Shown: piece by piece, positions 26,559 to 40,419 of the stretch
Numbering within the stretch: position 1 is the first letter of the stretch
Layout of the letters: each line of letters starts with the position of its first letter
Assembly (NCBI RefSeq): GCF_036971445.1
Contig: NC_091478.1
Coordinates: 16,988,001-17,052,000, forward strand
Reading direction: 5' to 3'
DNA length: 64,000 nucleotides
DNA from: Narcine bancroftii
Lineage: Eukaryota
Translations under genes and position numbers: made by a program
Notes under the pieces: generated by a model
What the model saw: the letters and a program-made list of their open reading frames with translations, nothing else
What the model was told of the DNA's origin: nothing
The model's database searches: none

Positions 26559-26751
26559 CACCTCACTGACAAAAGGCAAAGGAGGAAAAACCCAACACCC
26601 AACCCCAACCAACCAATTTTCCCCTGCAACCGCTGCAATCGTGTCTGCCTGTCCCGCATCGGACTTGTCAGCCACAAACGAGCCTGCAGCTGACGTGGAC
26701 TTTTTACCCCCTCCATAAATCTTCGTCCGCGAAGCCAAGCCAAAGAAGAAG
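26559..26751 (+). mobile_element. RTE-LINE 3' fragment
   Basis: cacctcactgacaaaaggcaaaggagg...gccaagccaaagaagaag, near-identical to the 57224 copy. Confidence 0.85.
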
Positions 26752-27771
26752 ATTATTGATATAATAACATGTCTGAAGCATTCTTTTCAAAACAAGGTCC
26801 CTGATGAGCATATTATATTCAATGGTATTATTTTGTCGCATGCCAACTCCAATCATCGCCCCCATCAACATGAATACATAACTCAAGCAGGTCACGCTGG
26901 TAAACTAATGACAATCTGCAAATCATTCTGATCTCTCCAGAACCAGATCCGTTTGATACCCTGGCAAGGCTTAATCAGTTACCCTGATCATTCAATTAGC
27001 CAAAATAATTTAAAGAATACCAGAGCATGGAATAAGGCTATATTTCCCTCTGCTTTTGTTGTTTCTCTTCGGGCTGTCCAATTAATTCCACTCTCCTGCT
27101 CATTCCCTGTAGCCCTTTTGTTTTAATATTGATGTTGATTCTGCTCTGCCATACTTTCTGGCAGTGTATTCTAGATATCAACTCACTGTGTGAAAACAAT
27201 TTAATAATTACCTAAAGTGTGTTTTATTTAGATGTAGACCCATCTGCCGATCCAAACAACATCATAATTTGCTCCAGCAAAATAATTCATACCACTGTAT
27301 TTCCATCCCTTTTTTTCTCAGCCACTCTCATTTCACTATCTACAGAACAACTGCCTTTCTACATAATTGAGGTCACTCACCCATGGTATGATTATTGGAA
27401 TTCTCTTCCATGCTATGTCCATGATCTTGGCATCCACGCTTTGTCCATGATCTTGGCATCCTTCCTACAGTCCTCGTAATGTAAGGATGATCTTTAATGC
27501 AAGTTAAGCCACATAGTGTTTTAAGAGAAAGTTTAGCATAGCTTCAAAAATAGGAGGTGCTAGAAACACTCATCATGTTAATAAGCATCTGTGGAGAGAG
27601 AAACAGAGTCAGTGTTTCAGGTTGAAAAACATAACATTCTTACTTGTATTTTTCTATTCTATTGAAGCCACTATCAAATACTCTTTTTCAATTTGGCCAA
27701 CCATATTAAAAGTTATATGCATCCTCAGAACTTGCTGATCTTGCAAATTACCATATACAATTCGGTTAATA

Positions 27772-30700
27772 GGCAGAAAAGATGATCCCAGTGGCACCAT
27801 CTTGACATGGCTGCTCCACTGCCATGACCATAACACGTGGAGCCGGTTCACCTGCCATCAGAGATGTGCACCACCACACAACCACCCCCAGAACCGGCAG
27901 TAGTGTGCCATGCCACCGAATCCTGCGTTGGTTTCGCCTTAGGGGGCCTGCCCCTATGCTTTGCTGGCTGTAGGGCAACCAGCTGACTGAGGTCGAGATG
28001 CACGGGCTTCAGAATGTCGGCTGTGAACAGTTCCTCCCAGCCCAGAATGACCAGTGTGAACGTGTTGCCGCTTCTGCGGTTCACTTTGTAGGGGCCTTTG
28101 TAGGGTCGCTGGAGAGAAGAGGAGTGTGTACTTGAGCGAACGAACACATAGTCAGTTGTCTTTAATACTACGGTCATCAAGGTGGGGTGGTGTCTGTGGC
28201 GGGAGGGTGGCTGTGGTGTGAGGAAGTCTAACTTGTCCCTCAGTTTTTGCAGTGCTGCCCCTCCTGCTGTGTCTGTGCCCTTGATGGCAGGGAGGAATTC
28301 TCCAGGGAGGGTCAAAAGGGCCCCGTATACCAACTCGGCCAAGGAGGCCTGGAGGTCCTCCTTGGGTGCAGTCTGGATACCAAGGAGCACCCAGGGAGCT
28401 TGTCCACCCGGTTGGGTCCGTTCAGGTGGGCCATGAATGATAACTTTAGGTGACAGTGGAAACATTCTACAAGATCGTTAGATTGTGGTGGTAGGTGGCG
28501 GTGTGGTGGAGTATCGTGCCGAGGAGGGAGGTAAGCTGTGTCCACAAGACTGAGGTGAATTGTGCCCTCCCACTGTCTGTAGTGATATGGCCAGTGTCCC
28601 GAACCAAGATATCCAGTGTGTGAGCACTGCCCTGGCACAGGCTTCTGTGGTTGTGTTTTTGAGGGAAATGGCCTCTGGCCATCTCGTGGCTTGGTCGACC
28701 ACTGTGAGGAAATACCAGGCTTCTCATGAAACAGGCAGGTGATTGATGATATCAACGTGGATGTGGTTGAATCGTCGGCTGGGTGGTTCGAACTACTGGA
28801 CGGGAACTTTTATGTGTTTGTGGACTTTGGAAGTCCGGCAATGTGAGCAAGTGCAGACCCAATCCGTTAACTTGTTTTCGTAAGCCATGCTATATAAACC
28901 GTGCAGCGACCATGGATGCTGTGGTCTTGATGGATGGGTGCGAGAGGTCATGGATGGTGTGGAAGACATGTGGTTTCCATTGATCTGGAAAGACTGGTCA
29001 GGACTAGCCAGTGGAGACATCGCAGAACAGGGTGCGGTCACTGTCTGGCAGTGGGACGTCTTTGAAATGGAGGCTGGTGATGGCTGTGTGAAAAGCCTGG
29101 GTCTCTGCGTCATCTTTTTGCACCCATGCAAGCTCAAAATAGTCTAAGCCTGGTTCTAAGGACTGAATAGTCTGCCTTGAGAGGGCATCTGGGATGACAT
29201 TCTCCTTGCCAGAGAGGAATTGAATATTGGTGGTGAATTCTGAGACATATGCCAAGTGGCATTACTGGTGTTCCAACCAGGGGCCAGAAACCTTTGCAAA
29301 TGCGTAGGTGAAGGGTTTGTGGTCAGTGAAGACAGTGAAAGGTCTGCCTTTGAGGAAGTAGCAGAAATGTCTGACCGTGGGGTAGAGGGCTAGGAGTTTC
29401 CAGTCAAATGCACTGTATTTTAACTTGGGGAGCATAAATGCCGGCTGAAGAAGGCCAGTGGTCTCAAATGTCTGTGATGAGCTGCTTGAGTACGCCTCCT
29501 ACTGCTGTGGCTGATGCATTGACTGTCAGGGAGGTGGGGACATCAGTTCAGGGGTGGATCAGCGACATGGTGTGGGCTAGGGCTTCTTTGGTGAGTTCGA
29601 AAGCCATTGATGCCTCTTCGCTCCAGGCCAAGTCTTTCTGTTTGGAGTTCATTATGGGAAAGAGGGGGCGCATGATTCATGCTACAGCGGGTATAAAGTG
29701 GTTGTAAAAATTGACCATGCCGACAAATTCCTTAGGGCCCTTGAGCGTGTTGGGCTTTGCAAATTTATGAATGGCCTCCACCTTCTCCGGCAATGGTGTC
29801 ACTCCATCCCTGGCAGTTTCCTCCTGGCTGAACTGGCACTTTGCTGGGTTGACCATGAGGCCAAAGTCAGCCAGGCAGGAGTAGAATTTGCGAAGGTGGG
29901 TAGCATGTTCCTGGTGGTTCCTGCTGGCAATGAGGATCTCATCCAGGTAGATGAAAACAAAGTCCAGGTCCCAGCCCATTGCATCCATTAGGTGCTGGAA
30001 GGTCTGCTCTGCGTTACTAAGTCTGAAAGACATGCACAGGAACTCGAAGAGTTCGAAGGACATGATGATGGCCATCTTCCTGATGTCTGGGTGGATGGGT
30101 GGTAGCCTCACACCAAGTCGACCTTGGAGAAAACAGTTGTGTCATGCACAAGGATGGCCATGAAGTCCTGTATTTGTTGGACTGGGTAGCGGTCTGGGGT
30201 GGTTGAATCATTGAGGCCCCAGTAGTCTCCACAAGGGCGCCAGCCCCCTGTGGCCTTGGGTACCATGTGTAGAGGGGAGGCCTATGGGCTGTCGGACCAA
30301 TAGATGATCCCCAGCTCTTCCATTCATTTGAATTCCTCCTTGGCTAGTTGCAGCTTGTCTGGGGTAAGTCGTCTGGCCTTCACGTGGAGGGGTGGGCTCA
30401 GTATCAAAATGTGGTGCTGCACACCATGTTTTGGCATGATGGATGTAAACTGAAGCCTGAGAATACACAGGAATTTGCCCAAAATACGGCTGTACCTGTC
30501 GATGGAAGTGGTAACGATGGCCACTTTCTGTTCCCGAGCCCTGATGGCCATGAGCTGAATCGTCTGGAATGTCTGTGCATGCAGTAGGCATTTAGCTTTG
30601 AGGTCCACGAGCAGGCTTTGGGCTTGGGGAAAATTGTGCTGAGGAGTGGCTTCTCCAGCATGGCCAGTGTGAAATCCCAGCAGAAGGTCTTGTCGCCAAG

Positions 30701-31774
30701 GCGCATGCCAAAGGTCTTAATGGTGGTATTTTTGGCCACCTGCAGGGTTGGCCCTCATGGGCATGCTCGGATCTCTATAGATGTTGGCAAGATGATGCTA
30801 AGCTCTACTCCTGTTTGATGAGTAAATGGGGCCCATGGCTTTGTCCATGTCATCTAGTAGGCTGTTTGTACACCCCCAGCGCTGGTGATAGAAAGACCAC
30901 CTTGCCTCTGGTGCTTCTGTTGGTCTGCAAGGGCATGGCTGTTCACTGCTTGTTCAGAAATTGGGCTGTTGTTCTGTCTGGAAATGTGTCGGCTGATTCA
31001 TGGCAGATTCATTCTCTCTTTTGGTGTGCCAGAGAATGTCCACCTTTGCTGCGACCTTGCGGGGGTCGCTGAAATCCGCAGCTGCTAACAGCAGCTGGAT
31101 GTCATCAGGCATCTGCTATAAGAATACCTGCTCAAACATGAGGCAGGGCTTGTGACCCTCTGCCAGCATGAGCATTTTGTCCATAAGGGCAGATTGTGTT
31201 CTGTCCCCTAGGCCATCCAGGTGCATATGCCTGGCTGCTCTCTGGCGCCTTCAAAGCAGAGTATTTACCTTCCTCCGGTATGAGGTCATCAACTCTAGCT
31301 GTGGTTTCTTGGACCGGGGAGCTGACGATATGGTAGCACTTTTTTGAGTCTGAGGTAATTTGCTCTATCTGGAACTGCACTTCTGCCTGTCCAAACCAAG
31401 TGCATGGGCAAAGTGCCAAAAAGTCGGGAGTTCGAGGGCAACTGCACTGACTGTTGCAGAGTCCATAATGTTGAGTCCAGAGGTGTCTGGACCCATCAGG
31501 TCCAGCTAACCGGAGTTGAAGGAATAAGACCATTACTCAGTGGGCTCGTCTGCACTCCAGTTGTTTATTGAAACTTCCCATGCTGCACTGTGTAAGGCCG
31601 CGGGTAAGTCCCGCCCTCACGCTGGAAACCACATCATGATGTTGCCCCGCGTGCATACGGGCCCAACCCAGCCAGCAGAAAATATGATCCCAGCAACTTG
31701 ATGCAGCTGCTCCACTGCCATGACCATAACACACTGAGCCAGTTCGCCTGCTATCAGAGATGTGCACCGCCACA
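27772..31774 (-). mobile_element. Decayed Ty3/Gypsy LTR retrotransposon (gag-PR-RT-RNaseH-IN)
   Basis: Paired LTR 5' ends TGTGG(C/T)GGTGCACATCTCTGAT at 31774 and 27878, with a G-rich PPT at 27879-27896. Frameshifted gag (WFGQAEVQF), RT (FVFIYLDEILIAS, VNPAKCQF), RNaseH/linker (GKENVIPDALSR) and integrase (VDQATRWPEAI, TTDSGRAQFTS, LQRPYKGPYKV) in Gypsy order. Confidence 0.9.
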
Positions 31775-33463
31775 TCTCTATATATTTCAACCCACCTTTA
31801 TGCACTGTATGTGTATTATTTGTCTGTATGTGTGTTGTGTCCTTATGTGTGGTTTTTTTTTTCACTAAGGACCAAAAAACGCTGTTTCATCGGGTTATAC
31901 CTGTACTATTGAATGATAATAAACTTGAACTTGATTCAACCCTCATGATGCTTTTGAGTACATTTTAGAAAAAAAGTGACATTTTCCGCATGCTTGATTC
32001 TTCATTGAGTCCTGCTCCAGCTGCTTCATGCAATCTGATAGGAGCTACATCTGATGCACATCCCACAGGTATAGTCACCAAGCACATTGGAGATGATCTC
32101 CTATATCCTGTAAGAGGAACACAGCTGTATCCGAGCTTCATTATCTTTCATCTCCAATGCCTTCGAAGAAAGGGAAGAAAAACCCTCATTACTGGTCCTG
32201 ACTGAAGCTCAATGTTCATCATATCCCACACTTTAACCTCTTGACCCTTTTTCAAAGTAGCCGTAACCATTTTGCCGGCTTCTCTTTTTATGTCTTCCTC
32301 TCTGTCAATCTTGCAGGTACAGGTACTACCAGTCTTGATGCTGCATCTGGACCTTATTTTACTTAATCAGTCTCAAAGGGTTATCTCTCCATTGGTGCAT
32401 TTTTTATCCAACCTGCCTTTTGTGCTATTCCCATTGTCTAGAATATGGTTAAGAAATCTACTGTTACTTTATCAAAAATAAGTTGATATGCACTTGCATG
32501 ACATTCTCACACCACCTCATCAATTCCTCTAACCTCTGTGAAAAATAATTCTCTCAGGATTTGTTGCTACACATTCCTATAGACTTGAAATCTGCAATTT
32601 TCAACATAGAAATCTTTAATGTTCATGGTATGTCAGTGTCTGGTTTAGAGATATGTGTGCCACACTTTAATGAGAGAAAAATGGCCTCAAAACATGCCCA
32701 TAGATATTACAGTAATTTACAAGCAAAATACATTTTGTCATCCTTTTATTCTAGTGACTATATTCTAAATAATACTGTATTAACTTTATTTTTGTATAGT
32801 ACCTTATCTAAAGCATGCAGAAAACCTATAAAGACATTCATAAACATTCAGTGAGCAGTAACTTGGATAGTGTGTCCTCTAATTAATTTAAGTGATGTAA
32901 ATAATCAATGATTTTAAAAAAGAAGCATAACATCATAGTGTCACTTCTCATTAGAAGAATAGTTCACTGCTATTCGAAGAGCAAATGCCATCAGTGTGAT
33001 GTCTGCATTGGAATTCATCTACAAAGGAAATGTTTGAGAAGTGCTTCCTGTGGGACTCTAAACCACGACCTTAAGAGAAAAAAATGAGAGAACCACAAGA
33101 TTGAAACTCTAACGATTTGTGATGGAGCTCAAGTCAGTATATAACAGCAAAGTATACTTAGCCTCCAGTTACTACCACCTGCCCTTTCTTCCAGCTGCAT
33201 CTGAAGCAAGGGACTGATGTATGCAGAATCTGGGAAGTTTGCCAGTTAGCCAGCTGAATCAAATGCTCTTCAGAACGCAAACTAATCCTTCCAACAGTGT
33301 AGTGATGGACTGAAATAATAGCAAGAATAATGTGTGCTAGATTAGATGTAATGCTGGGAAGAACATCGATAGATTAGATTAATCAAAAAGAACATCATTC
33401 AATAAAGATATAACAGATCACTTTAAAATCTAGTTCCTGCTTTCTTTTTTTAAAAATATGTAA

Positions 33464-34443
33464 TATCTGCCTTATAAAATATTGAATTTAAAATCAGTCT
33501 CTTTAATTAGGATCAAAACTGAAAGGGAGATTTATCTTAAGTCTATTGCAGAAAAGATTGGATTTCATTTTTGCCTTTTATCCATGACTCATTTCTATGC
33601 AATAGACACAGTTTGATTCAATTTAAAGTATTTGTTTTGTTTTTGGCTCAGACTAGAAGGGCCAAAGGGGCCTGTTTCTGTGCTGTAATGCGCTATGGTT
33701 CTATGGTCCATAGAGGACATGTTTACCCAGATATCTACCCAGATATCAACTCATTGTGTGACAAATGTAAAAGATTTGGTTTTGTTTCAATTTCGCAGAA
33801 TATTGGACAGCTATTTTCAGAACATTTTTGGGATAGATCTAAAACCATGTCCATTGATTGCAATGTTTGGCATCTCCAGTGATATAAACGTTATTTAATG
33901 TCTAACCAAAAACAGGTCTTAGTATTTTCCACATTACTGGCTAGAAGAGGAATATTGCTTAAATGGAGAGAGGACTTTCCACCCACCCATAGACAAAGGT
34001 TACTGGATATTATGTCCTTTCTAAGTTGGGGGGGGGGGGGGGTGGGGAATCAGACATAATGTTAGGAAGAATAAGATTTACTATTAAGACTTTGAATCCA
34101 TTTATAGCTTACTTTCATAATTGGAATGATCAAGATGCAGGGATGCAGTTAATGGGCATGTTTTGTCGGATCTCCGAAGGCCATTGCTCGATTTCAAGTC
34201 TGCTTGAATACCAATTTCAACCTTAGTTGGTGGATGGGGTTAGATCTTTATAATCAACTTTTTTCTCCTTTTTTTTTCTTTCCTTTTCTTTTTTATTATT
34301 CACTATGGATTGGAATACGAGTCCATGTATGATTATTTCTATATATATGATACCAATTCAAATGTATATTATATTTAATTTATATGGACTTGTAATGTAT
34401 GGTTGTATGATAAAACTCAATAAAAATAATTTTAAAAGAAAAG
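33464..34443 (+). mobile_element. L1/Tx1-like 3' fragment inserted into the 3' end of a U6 retrocopy
   Basis: Degenerate zf-RVT-like coding remnants, AATAAA plus A-rich tail, and TSD aaaatatg(t/c)aa at 33453-33463 and 34444-34454. Confidence 0.65.
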
Positions 34444-34491
34444 AAAATATGCAACACTTCACAAATTTGTGTTTCATCTTGTGTAGGGGCC

Positions 34492-34524
<33 letters not shown>

Positions 34525-34548
34525 AATATATGCTGTTGAAACGAGCTC
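34444..34548 (-). pseudogene. RNU6: U6 snRNA retropseudogene (near full length)
   Basis: Minus strand GAGCTCGTTTCAACAGCATATATTCTAAAATTGGAACGATACAGAGAAGATTAGCATGGCCCCTACACAAGATGAAACACAAATTTGTGAAGTGTTGCATATTTT, with the ACAGAGA box intact and CpG decay elsewhere. Outer TSD cctgctttcttttt at 33436-33449 and 34548-34561. Confidence 0.92.
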
Positions 34549-36391
34549 CTGCTTTCTTTTGATTTAATTAGCAGATCTACTGTGGCAATTCTCAAATAAA
34601 TTAAACAGGAAATTTCCCTTTTACCCTGTTTCTTAGTGTCTTGTTACTTCTTTGTATGTTTTTGCTCAATTTGCTATGTTCATTTTCACCTCCTTTTCTA
34701 ATTTTTCATTTTGTTTTGGTTCTCTTTTTTCACAATGGGGGAAGGTTGTTGGGTGAAGATGCAGAGAAAAGAGAATGGTACAAAATGTGGTAAGTGAATT
34801 GAGCATAAAAAGGGGCAGAAAGACATTGTGACTGGAAGTTTTGGTGGAATATAATGGCACCAGGAAATGATAATACTACATTAAAATTTAGTTACATTAT
34901 GATAGCACACATGATCAGGGGTGGAGTGAAATACCATATTGGCCAATAAACTCAACTTGTCAAGGATTATGAACCAAACATTTAGAAGAACCAATGACTG
35001 AGCTAAAAGAAGGAAGTTGAAGATTGTGGAAATTGGTCCTTGACATCACCTGAATAGTTGTGACAAGCACACTGAATGTTAATTTTGAAACACTGGTGGA
35101 CGCATACAAGGCTATGCAGAGGAACTAGGAAGAAAGCTCCATGTCAATTAAAAGAAAAAAGCACTTGTTGTTTTGGAATTGCTGTTATCTGAATTATGTA
35201 CAGTATGTGCGAGAAAATTTAAAACCTAATGGAGTGCAGGTTAATTTCACAACAAACAAAACTCTTCCCATTAAACCATCAGTGTTTTGAATTGTTTCTA
35301 AAATGGATGATCTTTAATACTTTAACATCAAAGAAATTTTGAGAATTAAATCCAGGTGCCAGGTTTGCACGAGTCATGCCTGGATGCTGGTTGCAACATT
35401 TAATAAGAGCTGCTCTATCACAGAAAAGGAGAAGCACCAGGAAGCTGGCTTCATCCTTGTGAGGCTACTCAGAGATAAGTTTGGAAAGTCATCCTCAGGA
35501 GGAGGCCACAAGTGAAGCAAAGTACAGCTATAAATTACAGTCAAAATTGGAAAGTGATTCAGTAACTGAGACATGTCTTGGGGGTTGTGAGTAAGGAGGA
35601 ATGTGTGAGTTCAAACTGGGAGCAGAAGGGATATTAACCAGATTCCATGCAATATAGCAAGTTAGAATATCAGGATCTGCAGCAGAAAGGAAAACAGTGT
35701 TGTGCAATTCACCAAGGTGTTAGACTTGGCAGCATTTATTTTCCAGGGTAGGTAATTCTCGATCTGAAGGGCATAGGTTTAATGCGAGAGAGTGTAAGGG
35801 GCAGTGTTGTTATTCAGAGGGTAGTCCTTCTCTAGAATGAGCTTCCAAAGAAAGCTCTTGAAGCGGGTACAATTACAATAAAAGCCACGTGGACAGATAT
35901 GGATGGGAAGGGTTTCACTGAAAATGCACCAAATGACAGGCCCAGAATACCAACTTAGTCATCATGGACAAGTGGGCCAAAGGACCTGTTCCATGCTGTG
36001 TAACTTTCTAACTAAGTATTACAAGGAAATTCAAAGGATAAATTGGGATGCAGTTAAATATTCTGTATTCTACTTAGACAAAAAGCCAGGAAGAGAAAAA
36101 TAAAATAAATGGTTGTTACATTTATTATGTACCAAAATGATAGATCTTGGTAAATCTATTATAAGCTCACCAATGGGAAAAGCTGGTTCCATTATGATGA
36201 GGAAACATTTAAATTTAAGATTCTCATTGTGATTTTATGCATACGTGCATGTATGTAATTTTCAGTGTAAATAATAACATAAAATATAACATAAAATGTA
36301 AGATATGACAATTACAAAGGAAATATGCAGATGTGGATGTTTGCATTCTAAAAAGTGGAGATAAGAAATAGTTGTTAAAAATAATCTAGAC

Positions 36392-37043
36392 CTCAAGGGA
36401 CAGGAGGCAATCCATGGAGGGGAGGTTCATTTGGGGTTAAAGGGTTATTGCTTGTGGGGATTGTTGGGGTATTTCTTGTCTTAAATGCGTTGTCATATAT
36501 TGAGATTAAAAAGGAAAACTTAAAAAACAGTAATGGAAAAAAGGGATGGAAGTGGTGAAGAGGCAGAAAAGAAGTGAAAATAAAGATATAAGATGGCCAC
36601 GTTGGACTACATGACTATAAACATCAATGGAATATATAACCAAGTTTAAAGTGTATCCCATTGGGAAAAAAAAATCACATATAATTTAAAAGACAAAGTT
36701 ACAATGTTTGAAAAAACCTGGGAACCATATATGGAACATAACAGAAAGAGCAGGCCTCGGACCACCACCACCACCTAAAATGATAAGAAGATAAACACGA
36801 TCAGATTTAATGTGAATAAGTAGATGATACGTCTTTTTTGTTTGTATTCCTTTTGTATAAAGAATTGTTTTATTGTATTTTATATGTCCAATATTTACTG
36901 TTTTTCTGGAGGGGGGTGAGAAGGGGAAAGGGAGGGATGGGGGGAAAAAAAGAGAAAATGTCACTGTGAATATTTAAAGAGCTACATCTGTAAATATATA
37001 TTGGTTCATATGGTTCATAGTGCGATAAATAAAGAATTACAAA
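36392..37043 (+). mobile_element. Internally deleted L1/Tx1-like element with 15-bp TSD
   Basis: TSD aaaaataatctagac at 36377-36391 and 37044-37058. ORF2-start-like MATLDYMTININGIYNQ at 36593 is followed at once by ORF2-end-like YNLKDKVTMFEKTWEPYM, then AATAAA and a poly(A). Confidence 0.65.
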
Positions 37044-37319
37044 AAAAATAATCTAGACATCAAAGTAAACATGATGACGCCAAATTACAGTTAATTATCC
37101 TTCAACCCATTAAATTGATTGTATTACTACCATGAAATATCAAGAGCATGGAACTAGCTGACAACTGCAGTTAACAGTAACAAAACATAACATCAAGAAT
37201 TATATATTACCAATAATGGAATGTATTTGGATTTTATTGAACATTATACATTGCTTGCATTTCAATATGCAGTGTATGACAGAATGAAAAGTTCTCAGCT
37301 TATCACTAAGTAATGACTA

Positions 37320-37800
37320 ATTGGCCTCGTGGACAGCCACATCAAGGTCATCTGCAAATTGGAGAAGCAACACCTAATATTCCATCTGGGCATTTTCCAA
37401 CTGGATGGCATTAATGTCGAGTTCTCTGGTTTCCATTAGGCAACTCCCCTGTCTCTCTCTCTTCCCCACTCCTCTGTCTCCTTTCCTGCACCTCACCATC
37501 CCCTTCTCTCTCCATTCAGAAATTTGTCCCCTCCCTTATCACTACTCAGCTTTTTAATCTTGTGTCCTCTTCCCCAGATCCCTTCTCTATGGGACTGTAC
37601 TCCTCCCCATGCCCCAACTCCCATCAGTTTATTCAAGCCCCAGCCTGCTTTTTGCCCATACCTTGATGAAGGACACAGACCTGAAACCTTGGTTATGTAT
37701 CTTTATCTTTGCTACATAAAGAATGTTGTGTGACTTGCTGAGTTTCTCCACCATTTTTGCTTAAGCTATATTCACAGAGTCTGCAACCTTTCTTGTTCAA
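37320..37800 (+). mobile_element. Penelope-like element 3' fragment (GIY-YIG C-terminus plus hammerhead-like motif)
   Basis: Translates as KLEKQHLIFHLGIFQLDGINVEFSGF, typical of PLE ORF ends, followed by TTGATGAAGG..CCTGAAAC at 37663-37687. Confidence 0.65.
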
Positions 37801-37804
37801 TGCA

Positions 37805-38650
37805 TTAGTCAGTGCATCGAATATAAAAGCAGAAGGCAATGCTCCAATATTATAAAACATTGGTCAGATCTCCGCTGAAGTTCTCTGCAATTACATCACC
37901 ACATTATAGAAAAAAATGTAATACCAATAGAGAGAATGCAGATTAACCAGGATGTTGCCTGGGATGGATGGTTTCAGTCATGAACCCAAACTGCAAAGGC
38001 TGTTTCCCTTGAAGCAGAGGAGATTAAGAGGGGTCATGACTGAAGTATGTAAAATTTTGAGTGGTATAGAAAGGGTAGACTGCGAGAAACTTTTCCCCAT
38101 ATCAGAGGTAGAGAAAACTAGATAACAGATTTAGAGTGGGGGCAAGAGAATCAGAGGATCCGAGGATGGTGAATATTGTATACAATTTTGGTGTCCTAAT
38201 TTGAGAAAGGACATTATTGCCATTTGAGGGAGTGCAGTAAATGTTTACAAACTGTTTCTTGGGATGACAGGGCTGATATATGGATAGTCTAGGGTTATAC
38301 TCATTGGAACTTAGAAAAATGAAATGGGATCCTCATTGAAATATTTGAAATTCTGACAGAACTAGACAGGTTAGATGCAAGTCCAGAACAAAGGACAGGG
38401 TAAGCCATTTAGGACTGGATTGAGGAGAAATTTAATCACTCAGAGAGTTATGGAACTCCCTGCAACAAAAGGTTGTTGAGGCCTGTTCATTAGGTCTATT
38501 CAAATAGGAATTGGATGTGGCCCTTATCATTAAAGGGATCAGGGGGTGTGGAGAGAAAGTAGGAATAGGATATCGAAGTCACATGATCATATTGAATTGG
38601 ATGTGCAGGTTCAGTGGACTACACTTGCTCCTGTTTTCTATGATTCTATG
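37805..38650 (+). mobile_element. Two CR1-type LINE 3' fragments
   Basis: Degenerate CR1 3' sequence (accaggatgttgcctggga, tcactcagagagtt, ttttctatgattctatg tail). Confidence 0.6.
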
Positions 38651-38709
38651 AGTGTCTGGAGGACACTGTTTAAGAAAGTGGTTGAAATGGAGTCGCTGAC
38701 ATTTAGTAA

Positions 38710-38769
38710 ATGTGGACATTTACCCCTCCATAAATCTTCGTCCGCGAAGCCAAGCCAAAGAAAGAAGAG
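38710..38769 (+). mobile_element. RTE-LINE 3' tip
   Basis: tgtggacatttacccctccataaatcttcgtccgcgaagccaagccaaagaaagaag. Confidence 0.8.
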
Positions 38770-40419
38770 ATGAGTGCATGAGGCACCTCGTCGTAGTGCC
38801 AAATGTAGGCAAATATGACTAACCCAGAATGCCACCTTGATGCCAGTTAATTATTCCTCAAGATGTGATTAATATGGATGGATGGTGATTTTCAGAGTGG
38901 ACATGATGGAGCAAATGGCCTGTTTTCCTGCTGTATGGCTACCCACCTTACTTCTGCCAGATGGGGTGTTCAAATAAACACTTCAAAAATTATTAATGCC
39001 TACGAGCACTTACATATTGGGGGGAAAAAAACATTTTTCGACTTTAATCAGTGCTATTCTATGAATGTGGTGTGCGCTTCAAACACAGAGGCATAGAAAA
39101 TCACAATTTTTTTAACAAAATAGAGTGTAATGGAAGAAAGATTTTACCTATCAACATAGCAATCATTTAACAACACTTATCCTACCACAAGAGCTGATTG
39201 AGAGTCAGACGACCCATTGACTCAGAGCCATTATCCTCTGATTGCATAGCCACTGCTGTAATAACTACACTTCTCTTTCACTATGTATATCACATTTCAG
39301 AAATACTGATGCTGAAGTGTCAAACTTAAACAGTTTCCAAAATAGCATAATTTTCAATAAACAATTCAATATAGTGCTGCAAGATTACATTTCTATAAAT
39401 TAATTAATTCAAATCCTGGCGACAAAAGATGTGTAATGCAAACATAAAATGGAGATTAGTTCAAAGTAACGGTTTCCTATTTTGATTAAAAGTGGCATCT
39501 CTGAATTCAGGATTCATTAGGAGAGAACCTTTAAATTCCCTTAATGTTTGCATTATTTCAATATGTTCCAAGTGTAAAATTATAATTTTAATTTTGAAAC
39601 CAATAATCATGCTTCAGCATATTCCCAGGAGAACCAATTACAGGAACATTAAGTTTGATTAAAATATTTTCTCCTGTTTATCTATCAAGACCCAAACCTC
39701 AGAAATTTAAAGTGCAGATCAGAGTCTTTATAGAAACTAAGAACAGTAGAAGATCATTTAGCTCCTTGAGCCTTTTTTGTCATTTTGTGATATTGTGGGC
39801 CATCTGCCGTCTATTTACCTACATTAATTGTCTGTTCCTTAAGAATTAATCTTGGCCAGTCAATATTATATTGGTTCTCAGCATCCACTGTGTTTTTGTG
39901 GGAGAAATTTCCATGCTACTTTATCACCGATATGTTAAAAAAATGGCCTGGCTTAGATTTTGAAATGACACCCACTTTTTTCTGGATTCCAAACCAGCAG
40001 AAATTGTTTTTATCTACCTTAGTTTTTGTTTTCCAAAATACTAAAAGAAAATTACCCATATTGAAATGTTAGATTTTACATATATTTAGACATACAATGA
40101 AAAAAAGCATGTGAAGTTATTTGTATGGAATTGAGGTGGTTAGGTGTTGGCCTGTGATGGCCTCACACTACTTTATTCTAGATATGCATGTAGCTAAATT
40201 TGCAGTTGTCTCCTGAATAGTAATCCACATTCATTTTACTGTATGACTAACATTCCCCAGGTTTCCACAGTACTGAAAGGAGCCATGAGCCAAGACCTAT
40301 TACAGTACTCTTCCAATCTAGGAATTGCTTGAATGGGAAGCTGTCACTGGAGGTGAAGCAGCTGCTGACAAATGACTAGCAATGACTTGGAAGACAATGC
40401 AGCACAGTAAGTAAGGATG

